DNA of 37,800 nt from Octopus bimaculoides. Lineage: Eukaryota. The stretch lies in the NCBI RefSeq assembly GCF_001194135.2, contig NC_068981.1, positions 94,607,366-94,645,165 of the forward strand, read 5' to 3'. The notes under the pieces are model-generated. The model was given only the letters and a program-made list of their open reading frames with translations, was not told where the DNA came from and searched no databases. Both the position numbers and the translations under genes were made by a program. This document shows positions 23,537-36,378 of the stretch, one piece after another. Every line of letters starts with the position of its first letter. Position 1 is the stretch's first letter.

Positions 23537-24433
23537 AATGATAATTTCGAAAAATATAGTTCTAATTTTGCACTGTATTGTGCTTTTTGTCAAGGTACTT
23601 TACCCCCTGTTAACCAATTCATCTAGCTCTAAATAGGTTATCTTACAAGCGTAGATAATTATCTCCTCTAGACTGAGGTAACTGGGACGAGTAGATGTGG
23701 TTCATATAGAAAATGAACGTACTGGTTGAGAGTACTTCGAGAAAAACATTGCAAGGGAACTGCGGGAGTATGCTTTTGTGAGGAGAGTGTATTGAGCAAA
23801 GGTTTAGCTTGAAATCTAAGAGATGAAAAAAAAAAAAAAAGAAAGAATGAAGATAATGGAAGAAATGAGCTGATTGACTGGAGTGTGTGAAGTTATTTTA
23901 TAGTTAGTAAGTTCAATGGAACAGATACTACAATAGTCGTGTAAGAAATTTCAGGGGTGTACGGAGCTCGATAGTGGGAAAAGTGTTTGAATAGTGTTGC
24001 TTGTAAAATCTTGCTTATGAGATGTAAAATGCTTGTACTTTATAAACTGTTTGGGACCGAAGTGATTTGTCCTTGAAAAGAAACCTTAACCTTTTTCGTT
24101 GTGCAGATATGACCACCTGAAATTTAATCGATCATCATTAAAGTAACCAGAAACTGAAAGTAACACGTAATACTTACTTAAAATGCAAGAGATATCCTAT
24201 AATGTACTTTTCAAACACTGAATTCTGAATTAAATCTTCTTTCAGTTTTTTGAAAGATTTTGCAACATCTACAACGTTAGGTTAAACCTTTGTTTTGTAA
24301 TGAATGATAATAAGAGTGTTTTTGCTTGAGTATTGGTGGTAAGTCAAACGAGATGTACACATTCGGCTCTCTTAAAACCTACTAGAGCTTGCCTCTTTGT
24401 TCTCGAATAACGTTTTGTATGTGTATGTATATG

Positions 24434-24479
<46 letters not shown>

Positions 24480-25200
24480 CTCAAGGCTTGTATGGCAGTA
24501 AGATTATACAATTCAAGAAATTACACCTCTAATGGCCCTTGTTCAAGAATCATTTGAAGTGTAATGAGTAAACGGCATTTGAATCGAGATCTAGCCAAAA
24601 GTTCGTCACTTCGAGAACATTACTGTATTCTAACTATATAAGGCTCATGAAATAGTAAGCAAAAGCAAGAGAAATTATTAACAAGTCTATCTTTGGTTTG
24701 AAACTAGTAGGAGTTAAATTGGCTTGTTATTTATATTAGTACGTCTGAAAATAAAACATAAAATTCTGTTTAACTTACCAGTATACAATGCAACCGTCTG
24801 TTATCATCTTGTTAACGCAGCTATTTCATTGTTCCTAAATTTCCATCTGAACCACACTCAGTGTGTGTTGATTACCAGAGATTTTTAATCAATTTATTTG
24901 CCCCTATCTGCATCTGCTGTTAATTTTAGAAAGAAAAACACGCTGAAAGGAAAAGCATAAAACAAAAAATTAACATAGTCGACATGAGATAATATGCATG
25001 GTATTAAAAGTTGCTATGGGATCGATAACTGAGGATGCACTCGTCTGGGCTGTTGTCTTCTGTCATACTCAGCGATGTTCTCATACAGATGCAAAAACAA
25101 AGCAACAAAAACTATTCAGTTCCTCAAGTGAATGTTTTATTTAAACTACTAATCTTTATTAATCCTTTCCACTAATAATAATTGCTTTCTTTTCTTTTAG

Positions 25201-25330
25201 TTTACTCCTTTTTGTAGATATACCTTGCACTCGCTGCTGTCAATATATATATTTAGATAAATGTAGACCTGCAAATTTCGTTGTGGCTGCAGTTGAGAAT
25301 GATATTTTTGATGTCGTTGCCTTGTCCCAG
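25201..25330 (+). CDS. Candidate coding exon (alternative acceptors at 25201 or 25218)
   Basis: Strong acceptors ttgctttcttttcttttAG| and tttactcctttttgtAG|, donor cag|GTCAGC. Open frame LLLFVDIPCTRCCQYIYLDKCRPANFVVAAVENDIFDVVALSQ. No family recognised. Confidence 0.4.
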
Positions 25331-25376
25331 GTCAGCCCTGATAGACCACGTCTATTTCTCACAAAAGACATTTTAG

Positions 25377-25765
25377 CAGACATGGTTGTGTGATTAAGAA
25401 GCTCGCTTTGCAACCACGTGGTTTCTGATTCAATTCCACTGCGTGGCACCTTGGGTGAGTGTCTTCCACTATAGCCCAGGGCAGACGTTTTGAGTGCATT
25501 TTGGTAGACGGAAACTGTGGAAGCCTGTCACATATGTGCGGGTGTGTGTGTTGTGTTTTGTGTCTCTGTTTGCACCCTCCCACTGCATGATAACCGGTGT
25601 TGATTTGATTACGTCCCTGTAACTTAGCCGTTCGGCGAAAACAACTATAAAACAGGTACCGGACTTAAAGATAGGGACTGGGTTTGATCAGTTCGATAAG
25701 AAACCCTTCAAGGCGGTGCCCCAGCACGGTCGTATTCAATTGACAGAAAGAAATAAAAGATTAAA
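25377..25765 (+). mobile_element. SINE family B, diverged
   Basis: catggttgtgtgattaagaagctcg...ccactgcgtggcaccttggg...ggtagacggaaactg. Confidence 0.85.
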
Positions 25766-25774
25766 GGTACGCGC

Positions 25775-25850
<76 letters not shown>

Positions 25851-25976
25851 ACACACGTGTATTGAAAAAATAACCCAAGATGTGATTTGAGGGAGATTTG
25901 GCTGCTATTTCTAGAAGTTTGAGCGATCATGAAGAGCTTGTATCATTATTCGTGATAATGATTTTGTGTCGATGGT

Positions 25977-26181
25977 ATCCTTCCTACTATATGCACAGGA
26001 CCTGAAATTTGCTGGGAGGGTTAATCGATTAAATTGACTCAGAGAATTCTTTTATCGATTCCAAAAGGATGAAAGGCAAAGTCGACTTCGGCGGAGCTTA
26101 AACTCAGAACGTAAAGAGCCAGGCGAAATACTGCTAAGCATTTTGTCCGGCATGCTAACCATTGTGCCAGCTCACCACCTT
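25977..26181 (-). mobile_element. SINE family A, full length
   Basis: Colinear with 7726-7944. Confidence 0.9.
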
Positions 26182-26214
26182 CTAAATAAGAAAATAAGAA
26201 ATAAGTATCGCTGT

Positions 26215-26630
26215 TGTTTCTGAGCTCCACCTCAGCTCTGATTGAACAGACCTATGATGCACAGGTAGCCACCTAAATGATTAGGTGCAACCCCCAAATC
26301 TCTCGTTCTACATACAAACGCTTCCCTGTCTAGGAAATGCACTGCTTATTTAGAGCATGCAGTGATGAATTATATGAGGTGCAAATTGAGAGTCTGAGTA
26401 TGTTGTATTTTCTTCACTGTCCAAATCTATTTCTGTACGCCTGTTGTTGTGAGCCCCAAGACAAGCAGGCCTATAATCAAAAGCATTCTAGCCAGGACCA
26501 ATCCCGCCCCCTCCTTTTTTCTGAATTATAGGTAAAGTGTTCTTACCTTATTGAAGATGATATGGTGAGATTTGACAGAGATTTAACTGCTTTTTCTGGT
26601 AGATCGAGCAACTATGTAGAGGACTCCTCA
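26215..26630 (+). mobile_element. Unclassified interspersed repeat; related pieces at ~25880-25935 (+) and ~33780-33945 (-)
   Basis: A gatttggctgctatttctag-like motif occurs at 25896, ~26580 and as rc at ~33800. atcaaaagcattctagcc-like blocks are shared. Confidence 0.5.
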
Positions 26631-26869
26631 CTGATTAATCTGCACGCCTGTGTTTCTTGTTCTTTAACCCTAAGAAGTAGCGGTGTGCATTGGATGGTGA
26701 TTCTTAAATTGAAGATTATGTATTCCTCCATATGTTCACTAGTGTCATTAGAACCAATCTCAGAAAACACAATAGAGTGGGAAATATTTGGAATGTGATG
26801 TTGGATTTTGTTAAAGTTTCAGACAAAGAATATGAGGACTCCCTGAGCGTTAATAACGAATATCTAAGT

Positions 26870-27760
26870 GCTCGCGAAATCTAGTTTCCAAACTGTAAGC
26901 ATTATTACCTAAATACAATGCACCGTAGTGCTCGTAAGTTATGCAGTATATTACATCAAGCTATCGATCACAATTGATTCTAGGCATGAGATCTTCTAGA
27001 ACGGTTGTAAGGGAGATAAAAAGAGAAGGCAACGAGGTAGGAAACGTTTGGATATATCTGAAGTGGAGGAACAACTAACTAGAGAGAAACATTGACTTTT
27101 GTATCATTTTTGAAGGATAATGTACTGACTATGGAAAGATATGAATGGCTGAGGTGTCGAGAAGCAAGAAAACAAAGGTCGTCAAGAAGTGTGTGATGAA
27201 GCAAGGATAGAAGATGAGAGAAAGTGGCATCCTAACTGTGCGATAATTTTAGCTCTTAGATGGAAAAGCTAAGAATTATGGAAGAAGCAATCTAATATTT
27301 GATAGACATTCTGGCTATGGTAGATTAAACCAGAGAAATATATACATTCTCAGAAGCATTAACAATGACAGCGATAGATTGATCAGAAGAAGTGAAAGCA
27401 GTTGAATGTAAAAACAAATTTAACACAGTTTAGTCGAGATTGTGAATAAAAAGTAACTGTGGATTGAAATGTGATACGATGATCTAGGAAAGGAAAAACA
27501 AAAGCAAGTATGATTATGGGCGTTCGAAAGAGAAACGTGACTGAGACAGAGATAAAGCTGCGATGTGTGGAACACTTAGGTCTTCGCTTGAGAGCTGCGT
27601 TGATTTTTTATTCCTTTTGAAGGATAGGAGTAAGAGGCTAGAAAGCTAGGAGTGGTTGCATGGTTGGGTAGCAGAAAGCGTAAGTTGTGAAGGAGGCGGA
27701 GGATCATAAAGTGCTAAAGGACCGAACTAGTATCTGAGCGTAGGTAAATTTTATGGCACT
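26870..27760 (-). mobile_element. Decayed L2/Daphne-like RT
   Basis: rc shows SDQSIAVIVN-like and S.LT.ILSK-like traces in RT order. Confidence 0.5.
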
Positions 27761-27995
27761 GACAATGAACATTTGTTGGTAAAATCTCTGCACATTTCCC
27801 TGAGATATATCCTGTATGAAATGATTATGGCGGGAGATAAAGTGGAGAAGTTGAGATCTATCTTCGTGTGTTTCAACTGAAAAAAGACATCATTAGCAAT
27901 TTTTGCAGCAGTTCCGTTGTTGATATCTATTGAAAAATGGTAAACCTAATTCCAGTAAATCTTGAAGTATTCACGACACAAGTTTGCAGTACACT

Positions 27996-28209
27996 CATTA
28001 AACATTAGATGCTAAATGTTGAAGTGATAAACAAAGAATGTGATTTATTTCCATCTTCGTGAATTCAAAAATTCTCAAAAAGGAACTTCGAAACTGTCTA
28101 CAGATCGCATGGACTCATTGTAACAATCCTAACTATGAAACTATATAATTGCTTCTCAACCTTGATGCATACATAATAGATTTCAGCGATCGCTTAAATT
28201 CTATGTAAG
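27996..28209 (+). repeat. 214-bp direct repeat, copy 1 (copy 2 at 29239-29452)
   Basis: About 7 mismatches counted by eye over 214 nt (~97%). Offset 1243 bp. Confidence 0.95.
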
Positions 28210-28329
28210 TTATGAAAAGAAGCTGTTAAAAAGCATGGCACACAAAGTCAGTTTGAAGTGAAATAGGTTCATGAATATTGACTTTTTTTCTATAAATGGT
28301 CTGGAGAAACTGATTAACTGCTTTTATGC

Positions 28330-29640
28330 TCTTCACAGGCGGGTGAGTTCAATGTGGTTAATGTTTCTCTTGAACAGTTGTAAGTCGATGACTAGAGGAA
28401 AAACAAATGCACAAGAGGGAATTCTAAAGGGTCAGTTTTCAGAAGAGGGAGGAATAATCTTAGGGTTAAAGTGCAGCCAGGAGCATTGATACAGTATAGA
28501 TAACGAGATAAAGAGAAACGAGTAAATCGGCAGAACCTAAGTTGAGGTAACATGTGAGACCAACAACTTTGAAGAGCAGAAATGTAGTACGTCTGTGAGT
28601 CAGGAATTGGAATGTTGGGGGATTGCTTCGTATTGATATAGAAAAACCACTCAACGATCTAGAGTGTCTATTTATGTAGCAGCAGCATCAATACTTCTTT
28701 GCGGTTCTCATTTGTCTCTTGTAAAGGTGTAGTAATTGTTGGGAGCCGGAGTATTTTCTGACTCTGAAAGGGAAAGCTAGTATTTGTGATGTAGTTTTGA
28801 TTATGTCGAAGACGTGTGTCTGCCAGATCTTCAGTAATAATGAGACCTAGCTTTTGTAGTGAACGCAAGGTTTCTGGTTGCCGCTGTTTGTATCTATTGG
28901 GCTGTGAGTTTCCTTTTTATACTTGTAGTAAGTTGTATCTTTGTACAGAAAAAGAGGATAAAATCGTCATGAACCAATGGAAGGATGTGGTGGATGTTTC
29001 TGGGATTTCTGCTCATTCAGTTAAAGCAGAATTGGAGTAATGTGATTGGGTTGCATGTGAATAACGCTTGGGCGTGGAAATTTGGGTGGGATAAAAGTGG
29101 TGACATTCGCATAAAATTAAGTATTACTGGTGAGTGCAAGTAGGTGGTTGTTGTATATAAGGACAAAGTAAGGAGAAGACTAAACCAAATCCTTTGGCGC
29201 ACCGAGTTAATAGTATGTGGGTTAGAGAGCTCCCTCAGCATTAAAAATTAGATGCTAAATGTTGAAGTGATAAACAAAGAATGTGATTTATTTCCATCTT
29301 CGTGAATTCAAAAATTTTCAAAAAGGAACTTCGAAACTGCCTACAGATCGCATGAACTCATTGTAACAATCCTAACTATGAAACTATATAATTGCTTCTC
29401 AACCTTGATGCAAACATAATAGATTTCAGCGATCGCTAAAATTCTATGGAAGAGAGAACTGTAAGGTAACAACAGTGAAGGGAAGCGAATCAGATAGAAC
29501 TTGTATGTGGGCAGTTTTGACCGGAAATTTGTGTACTAGAAACAAGCGAAAGACTTGATTATGTCGATGGTAACAACCTTCATTTTTTCCAAATCTCTCA
29601 AGGATAAGAGCCTAATGGCGAATGACATTGGAAACGAGAT
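28330..29640 (-). mobile_element. Decayed L2/Daphne-like LINE (RT to 3' end) interrupted by repeat copy 2
   Basis: rc LILERFGKMKVVTIDIIKSF...KLPTY (~29500-29600), a decayed VPQG/LY.ND-like segment (~29150-29200), KLGLIITEDL (~28830) and LQLFKRNINHIEL (~28350). Confidence 0.65.
29239..29452 (+). repeat. 214-bp direct repeat, copy 2
   Basis: See 27996-28209. Confidence 0.95.
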
Positions 29641-29829
29641 GTCCACGTAGATTTGCATTTACAAAACACGTACTGATAGTCATTAGAAAAGCAACGAAAT
29701 TCAAGATAAGTGAAAAGTTTTTGATGTTTTGTTTCTTCAGATTAATCCTTATCGAGCAGTGTAACTACACGTAAATATTCGACCAGTGACAAGGCGCAAC
29801 AAACAGATCCGTCTTCTAGGTTATGCCTT

Positions 29830-31031
29830 TACTCTGTTTAGCTAAAGACCATGTTCCATACTTCGAAAGAAATGGTGAATCATAGTGTGTACAGTGTGAC
29901 ACGCTGGACATATTTCATTCTTTCCCTTACACTCCATTCCTGTGCATTCGTAGATTCGGGTGTTGTTCTCAACCGAGGCGAGCAAAGTAGACTTTTCCAA
30001 AGTGTGACACATGTTGCACCTTTTACACCCATAGTTGATGACATGCATTTCATGCAGCTTTGGATCCAGTAAAGCTATTTCTGTGTGCGTGTGTTTACGT
30101 GTATCTTTTCACATTTATCGAAGGTAGGTGAGAGAGATAGTGTATTTGGGAAGTTGTAGTGATACTCTGAGGATGAAGCATAAGTGCCTAGATGTGTGGA
30201 GGTGGTTTTTCAAGTAGCGTCAGAAACTGTTGCTGTTGAAAACATGTCACAGCAACAAACCATCTTTTGCCTGTCCCGACGATCTCCCATTTTGAATTCG
30301 TTGTGAAGGTGGTTTACTCTTTACTCTTTTACTCTTTTACTTGTTTCAGTCATTTGACTGTGGCCATGCTGGAGCACCACCTTTAGTCTAGCAAATCGAC
30401 CCCAGGACTTATTCTTTGTAAGCCTAGTACTTATTCTGTCGGNNNNNNNNNNTCTTTGTAAGCCTAGTACTTATTCTGTCGGTCTCATTTGCCGAACCGC
30501 TAAGTTACGGGGACGTAAACACACCAGCATCGGTTGTCAAGCAATGTTGGGAGGACAAACACAGACACAAACATACACACACACATATAGATACATATAC
30601 ATACATATATACAACGGGCTTCTTTCAGTTTCCGTCTACCAAATCCACTCACAATGCTTTGGTCGGCCCGAGGCTATAGTAGAAGACACTTGCCCAAGGT
30701 GCCACGCAGTGAGACTGAACCCGGAACCATGTGGTTGGTACGCAAGCTGCTTACCACACAGCCACTCCTACGCCTGGGTACAGCTACTTATGAAGAGCAT
30801 TAGGCTCTCGTTTGTGTTCTTCGTAATTTCTTGTGCGCTGTAGAGAAATTCGAAGTACAAACAAGATTAGCATAATTCATGATGGCTTTTATGATGGCTA
30901 TTTGTATACTTGTTTCTGATGGCCATATTAGGTGCTTGTAATTGTTGTAAATATGCCTTTTGCGTTGTTTTATTTTCTTTACTCTGTGTCCTGTGTGTGT
31001 TGTGAACGTTGTGAAGGAGTTATAACACATA

Positions 31032-31100
<69 letters not shown>

Positions 31101-31231
31101 NNNNNNNNNNNNNNNNNNNNNNNNNNNNNNNNNNNNNNNNNNNNNNNNNNNNNNNNNNNNNNNNNNNNNNNNNNNNNNNNNNNNNNNNNNNNNNNNNNNN
31201 NNNNNNNNNNNNNNNNNNNNNNNNNNNNNNN

Positions 31232-31264
<33 letters not shown>

Positions 31265-33350
31265 GTGCGTGTTATTTTTAGGTTGCTAAATGTGATGGTT
31301 GTCTCTATCTCAAGCTCTTTGGTGTTGCCGGCAAGTGGGGAGGCAGTGGATTGTGCTATTATACCTATGTTGTAGAGCCAGATTTCAAACTGATTTAAGA
31401 AGGATTCGAGTTGTTGTGCAGCAGTGCCTACAGAATGGTGGGAAGAGGTAAGTGTGACGTAATCTACATGTGAAGTTACCTGTATGGTTTGTGGAGGTGT
31501 GGGGATGTCGTGTGGGCGTAACTTGAAAAACAAAATGGATATGAGGACGGAGTTACCAAATGGTGTACCACATGATACTCCGTTTGGTAAATTGCACTCT
31601 AGAAAGTTCTGAAAATGTTGTTACTGTACACTACGTAGAATTGGCCACCGAACAGTGATTTTTGCTGGCTAGCATTTTGTGTTGTTTCTTTATGTTGCCA
31701 TATTCGATAATTTTTATATGAGTGAATAGTAGGAAATGGATTAGAAAGCATTGCTACTGTCCATGGCAGGTTTTATCATTGTAAAAGCCATGTATTTTGT
31801 GAGCAGTGAGTGTTGTGGTGTGAATCTGTGTCGTGAGTTGATGAGGGAAACGTGTTTGTAAAGTCAAAAGGTTAGACTTTAAGTTTGCGCCACAACGGAC
31901 TGATATGAAATCTGTAATAATATTCTGCACTTAGGTTTTTGTTAGGTTTTAGAATCTTACCAGCTTTCAGGTTCTAGGAATTTAATATCTGTGATTTTAT
32001 GTTACCCTACAACCATAAGGTTTTGGTTTCCCTGTTGATTTCGGAGTATCAGGTGGAAGGAAACGGGCTGGGGAAATCGCAGGTTAGGAGGAAGATAGAT
32101 ATTTTCCGATTTGTGTTTCCGTCTTTGTGTGGTTTCATAGCTAACTTTTGAGAAATGCCTGATATAATTTCAATGGGGGTATGTTATTTGAGGCTGTTAT
32201 TTTATTACTGTAGCAAGGCGTTTGTTGTTGTTGTTGCTCTGTATAACAGTTTTATCGTTAGTTTTGTAGTTTGTGTTGGATAGAAATATTTGCCATTTCT
32301 CTATTGTATTTTTTCCTTGTCTCATTATTTGATACAGTGTTATGCTGTGCTTGAGACTGTCTTTTGATTTTTAGGTGACTACTTCTTGTGCATAAATGAG
32401 TTGTATTTTTTACGTTGCTTTGAGGAATTTTTTTTTTAATGCGTTTATAATCATGCAAGTAATTATGACGCTGTTCTGTAAAATTCTCCAAATCTCGAGT
32501 TTAGTTCTTGTTGAAACTTGTTCCATTGTGGGGTTTTTTGGGTTTTTTTTTTTGTTGGTTATCAACTGCTTTATTTTACATTATTCATTAATGTGCTACT
32601 GAAGTTAAGAAATTGTTTGAGAAACGAATGTGGTTACTAGGCAGTTGGAGAAGAAGGCAATACTAGAGGAAGAGTTTATGTAATTAGCTTGGTGACGTAT
32701 GCTTGTGTGGATATTGGTGTTGATTGTTTAGGATGTAAATAGAGTTTACTAATAATGTTATTGTATCACGTCTTTTGTTATCTATATCATTGAAAAACCA
32801 GGTGTTGTTTAAAACATTAAAGTCTCCCTAGTGGTGGTATCTGAGGGAATATTGAAGTATTGTAATGGGACTCACTATAGAGACACACTCTAGTGTTTGC
32901 TAAGATTAGGATGCTTCCCTGAGAAGGAAAGAAAGCAACTGAAAAGTTTTATGAGACTATTGGTTAACTTCAGAGTGTATCGTTTGATGGTTGTGGAGGA
33001 GTATTGTCAGTATAGGTGGCCTTGTTGGTTTGATGTAATCAGATGCGCTCACATCTGCCGTACTTAAGTGCGTGGTGATGAGATTGACAGACGGTAAAGA
33101 GATTATTTTAGAGCAGATTTACCTAAATGTATGCATTATAGAGTCGGATACAAATCGGGTGTCAAATATGGAGATTTTTTTGTCAATGAAAATACTGGTT
33201 TCAAAACCTCAATGTTTCAGACAGACGTGGAGGTGAAAAGAATTCCACAAAGTTGGTAGGGTTCCTTTAGGCACGAGACTGCAGCTGCAGTTTGGGAGAT
33301 AGTTCCATGCTCAGAGGCAACCTTCATGGTTCTGGTGATGATCTTGCAAG
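29830..33350 (-). mobile_element. Decayed I/Jockey-group LINE (RT, C-terminal zinc knuckle, probable upstream endonuclease region), interrupted by a SINE and a (CT)n/gap
   Basis: rc LPNGV...LF...HDIPTP (~31500-31580), TLTSSHHSVGTAAQQLESFLNQFEIWL, TFTTHT...IMNYANLV...KLRRTQ (30800-31030) and ICPACHTVHTMIHHFF (~29870-29920). The 5' limit is uncertain. Confidence 0.65.
30314..30774 (-). mobile_element. SINE family B, full length, with an (AGTAAAAG)n-like tail
   Basis: Colinear with 19577-19984; contains a 10-N gap. Confidence 0.9.
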
Positions 33351-34123
33351 TTTTTCAGTGCTGAGTAAAAGCAAGAAAATGTTCGGGTGAGAAAAGAGTC
33401 TGAAGTTTTAATAAACAACGAACGCGTCTCTAAAACCATGAATGCATTTCTAATAACATTCTTATACGAATATCAAACTAGCGTTAAATTGCAAGAGACC
33501 TTGGTATTGCAGAAATGGTAATCATATGTTCTAAAAGATATGTTGCAGCAGAGAGCAACGATTTCAGCAGTAGCAGCTTTATTATTGTTGTTACTGCACA
33601 ACAATGACAATGTTAATATAAACAACCACCGCTATCACTGAAACAAAAACCAAAAAATGCTGCAGTAATAAATATATTGTCTACATCTCGTAGAACAAAA
33701 AAAAAAGAGCAAACACACACATAAAATAATTACTGCAAGATCAAAAAGCATGAGTTTAGCTGAGCTAATAGGCAGGGAGCCTGCACAAGAGATGTCCGAT
33801 CTACTAAAAATAGCAGCCAAATTTCCTTCGAAACACATTTTTAAGAGAAAAAAAAGGATATTAGATTATGCAGGCCATGATATATTGTCACTGAAAATAT
33901 GACTGGATGGTCACAGATATAGCATTTTTGACTATTGATATTCTTCCCAAACGATGGTCTACATAACAATAACTCTATTGGTTATTGGCTATCACGGAAA
34001 AAAATTAAAAATCTACGCTTTGAATTATTAAGTACAGGATTGTACAAGCATTAGCAAGGAGAGGTTACCTTTTCTGGTAACTGATTAGTTCCTCATTTGG
34101 TCATCCACAAGTAACAGAAATAT

Positions 34124-34487
34124 TTGTTGTTGTTGGCAATCCATCGCTTACGACGTCGAGTGTTCCAGTTGATCCGATCAACGGAACAGCCTGCTCGTGA
34201 AATTAACGTGCAAGTGGCTGAGCACTCCACAGACACGTGTACCCTTAACGTAGTTCTCGGGGATATTCAGCGGGAATTACAGGCACAACAGGAACAGGAA
34301 GTAAGAGTGAGAGAAAGTTGTGGTGAAAGAGTACAGCAGGGTTCGCCACCATCCCCTGCCAGAGCCTCGTGGAGCTTTATGTGTTTTCGCTCAATAAACA
34401 CTCACAACGCCCGGTCTGGGAATCGAAACCGCAATCCAACGATCGCGTGTCCGTTTCCCTAACCACTGGGCCATTGCGCCCCCACAA
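34124..34487 (-). mobile_element. SINE family C
   Basis: rc of 34945-35329 except for a ~26-bp deletion; (CAA)n tail. Confidence 0.92.
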
Positions 34488-34718
34488 CAGAAATATTACA
34501 CACTGACAAAAGGAAAGTTTCTCTCTCAATAAAAAATAAATAGAACTGATCAGCTTCAAAATTTGTCACCTTGTACAAGAAGTAGGTAAGGACTGGTTTC
34601 GATTTGGAATAGATGAGAAAACCCTTAAGATAAGCCACACACCCCAAAAAATATTATTAGACCCCACATACTACTTTTTCAATCCTTGTACTTTGGCAGG
34701 CACTTCACGTTCTTTCAG

Positions 34719-34745
34719 GCTTTGATTTGGTCAGATGATGTTGAG
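34719..34745 (+). CDS. Candidate 27-nt symmetric microexon (ALIWSDDVE)
   Basis: cacttcacgttctttcAG|gctttgatttggtcagatgatgttgag|GTATCC. Only frame 0 is open. Another strong acceptor lies 79 nt downstream (tttttttcAG at ~34824). Confidence 0.35.
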
Positions 34746-34944
34746 GTATCCATTACAGTACAGATATTTTCGTTGAGTGGTTCTCCTTGGTTGTTATATC
34801 TGAAAAGTTTCTTTTTTTTTTCAGTTTGAATAGGCGTATTTCAGATAATTGTAACTAAGATATCGTCATGTACCGTGTTTGGTATATGCTTCTCCAACTT
34901 CTTATTAGCTTTATTAATATTTTCATCTTAAAGTGAGAGGTTGT

Positions 34945-35329
34945 TGTGGAGGCGCAATGGCCCAGTGGTTAAGGCAGCGGACTCGCCGATCATAGGATCG
35001 CGGTTTCGATTCCCAGACCGGGTGTTGTGGGTGTTTATTGAGCGAAAACACTTAAAACTCCACGAGGCTCCGGCAGGGGATGGTGGCGAACCCTGCTGTA
35101 CTCTTTCAGCACAACTTTCTCTCACTCTTTCTTCCTGTTTCTGTTGTACCTGTAATTCAAAGGGCTAGCCTTGTCACACTGTGTCACACTGAATATCCCC
35201 GAGAACTACGTTAAGGGTACACGTGTCTGTGGAGTGCTCAGCCACTTGCACGTTAATTTCACGAGCAGGCTGTTCCGTTGATTGGATCAACTGGAACTCT
35301 CGACGTCGTAAGCGACGGAGTGCCAACAA
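34945..35329 (+). mobile_element. SINE family C, full length
   Basis: ggaggcgcaatggcccagtggttaagg (A box), ggtttcgattccc (B box), ending gacggagtgccaacaa. Confidence 0.92.
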
Positions 35330-35339
35330 GACAAGAGAG

Positions 35340-35940
35340 ATTGTTATATTCTATCATATGAGCATTCTTCGGTAGTTTCGGAACACTGTTATTTGGTTTT
35401 TCTGTTTAATCACTTCAATTCACTTAATTCCTGCTATATTATAATAATACAGTAGTTTATAACTGAGACAGTTTGTGCATTATTTTACTTCTAGCACTGA
35501 ATGGTTATTTTTTTAATGTTTTTAATATCAAGTGACAATCTCAGGGCGGCGAGCTGGCAGAATGGTTATTCTTAGCAGTATTTCGCTACGTTTTGAGTTC
35601 AAATTTCGCCGACGTCGACTTTGCCTTTTCTTTCGGGGTCGATAAATTAAGTACTATTGAAAGGCTGGGGTCGATGTAATCGACTAATTCCCTTCGCACC
35701 AAATTTCAGGCCTCGTACCTTCAGTAGAAAGGATAATTATCATTATTATTATTATTATTATTATTATGCGGTATGAATCTTCTGTAGTATTCTGCTGTAA
35801 ATTCTTTTGTCATTTGTGTGTTGTACTTTATCAATTCTGATCTATTTCTCGCATGCCAGTGTTTGTATCTAATTACATCTTCTCAGTTTCTGTAAATGTA
35901 TCTATTCATATAGTACGTGCGGCACATTTTTCTGCTTTAA
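35340..35940 (-). mobile_element. Old R4/Dong-like RT C-terminal fragment interrupted by a SINE
   Basis: Homologous to 36930-37360: shared tatattctatc..atatgagcatt, aatcacttcaa.tcacttaa, tgaatcttctgtagta and gtttgtatctaatta. Confidence 0.6.
35543..35765 (+). mobile_element. SINE family A with (ATT)n tail
   Basis: agggcggcgagctggcagaatgg head, gagttcaaatttc B box and (ATT)n tail. Confidence 0.9.
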
Positions 35941-36236
35941 ACTATAGCTGAGGTGTGTTCAGTAGGCTGATTTTATTTTTGTGGGGATTGGAGGAAGGGG
36001 CGTAGTTTGTTTTGTTATGAGGTTTAGTTTCTTGTTTTGTTTTTTTTTGTTACATTAGTGAATGTTCTATTGTACGTGATGCGTGTTATATTAGTTTTAT
36101 TTTATTGGACTTCAATCCTGTACGCTATATTTTGTGTATAATGTGTTGGTCTAGAATATTAGATGCGTTTTTGTATAGGATGTGAGTTATGCGTGAAGAT
36201 TGTTCTATTTGAGCTATTCTACAGAAGTGATAATAT

Positions 36237-36256
36237 CTTGTTGTTATTGTTGTTGC

Positions 36257-36290
<34 letters not shown>

Positions 36291-36307
36291 CTTCTTCTTC
36301 TTCTTCT

Positions 36308-36375
<68 letters not shown>

Positions 36376-36378
36376 AAC
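36237..36378. repeat. Compound trinucleotide microsatellite (GTT)n(CTT)n(CTA)n
   Basis: Seen directly. Confidence 0.97.

Noticed and set aside
29842-30080. Cys-rich minus-strand ORF (GCKRCNMC...ICPACHTVH) as a host zinc-finger exon
   Set aside because: It is colinear with and directly 3' of the I/Jockey-group RT remnant, and CP.C...H..H.F matches the LINE C-terminal zinc knuckle.
30413-30482. Exact 30-bp direct repeat
   Set aside because: It flanks a 10-N gap, so it is a contig-overlap artefact.
34945-35020. tRNA-like sequences (also 14448, 18730, 22870-22937, 25377)
   Set aside because: They are SINE heads continuing into SINE bodies and lack complete cloverleafs; not tRNA genes.
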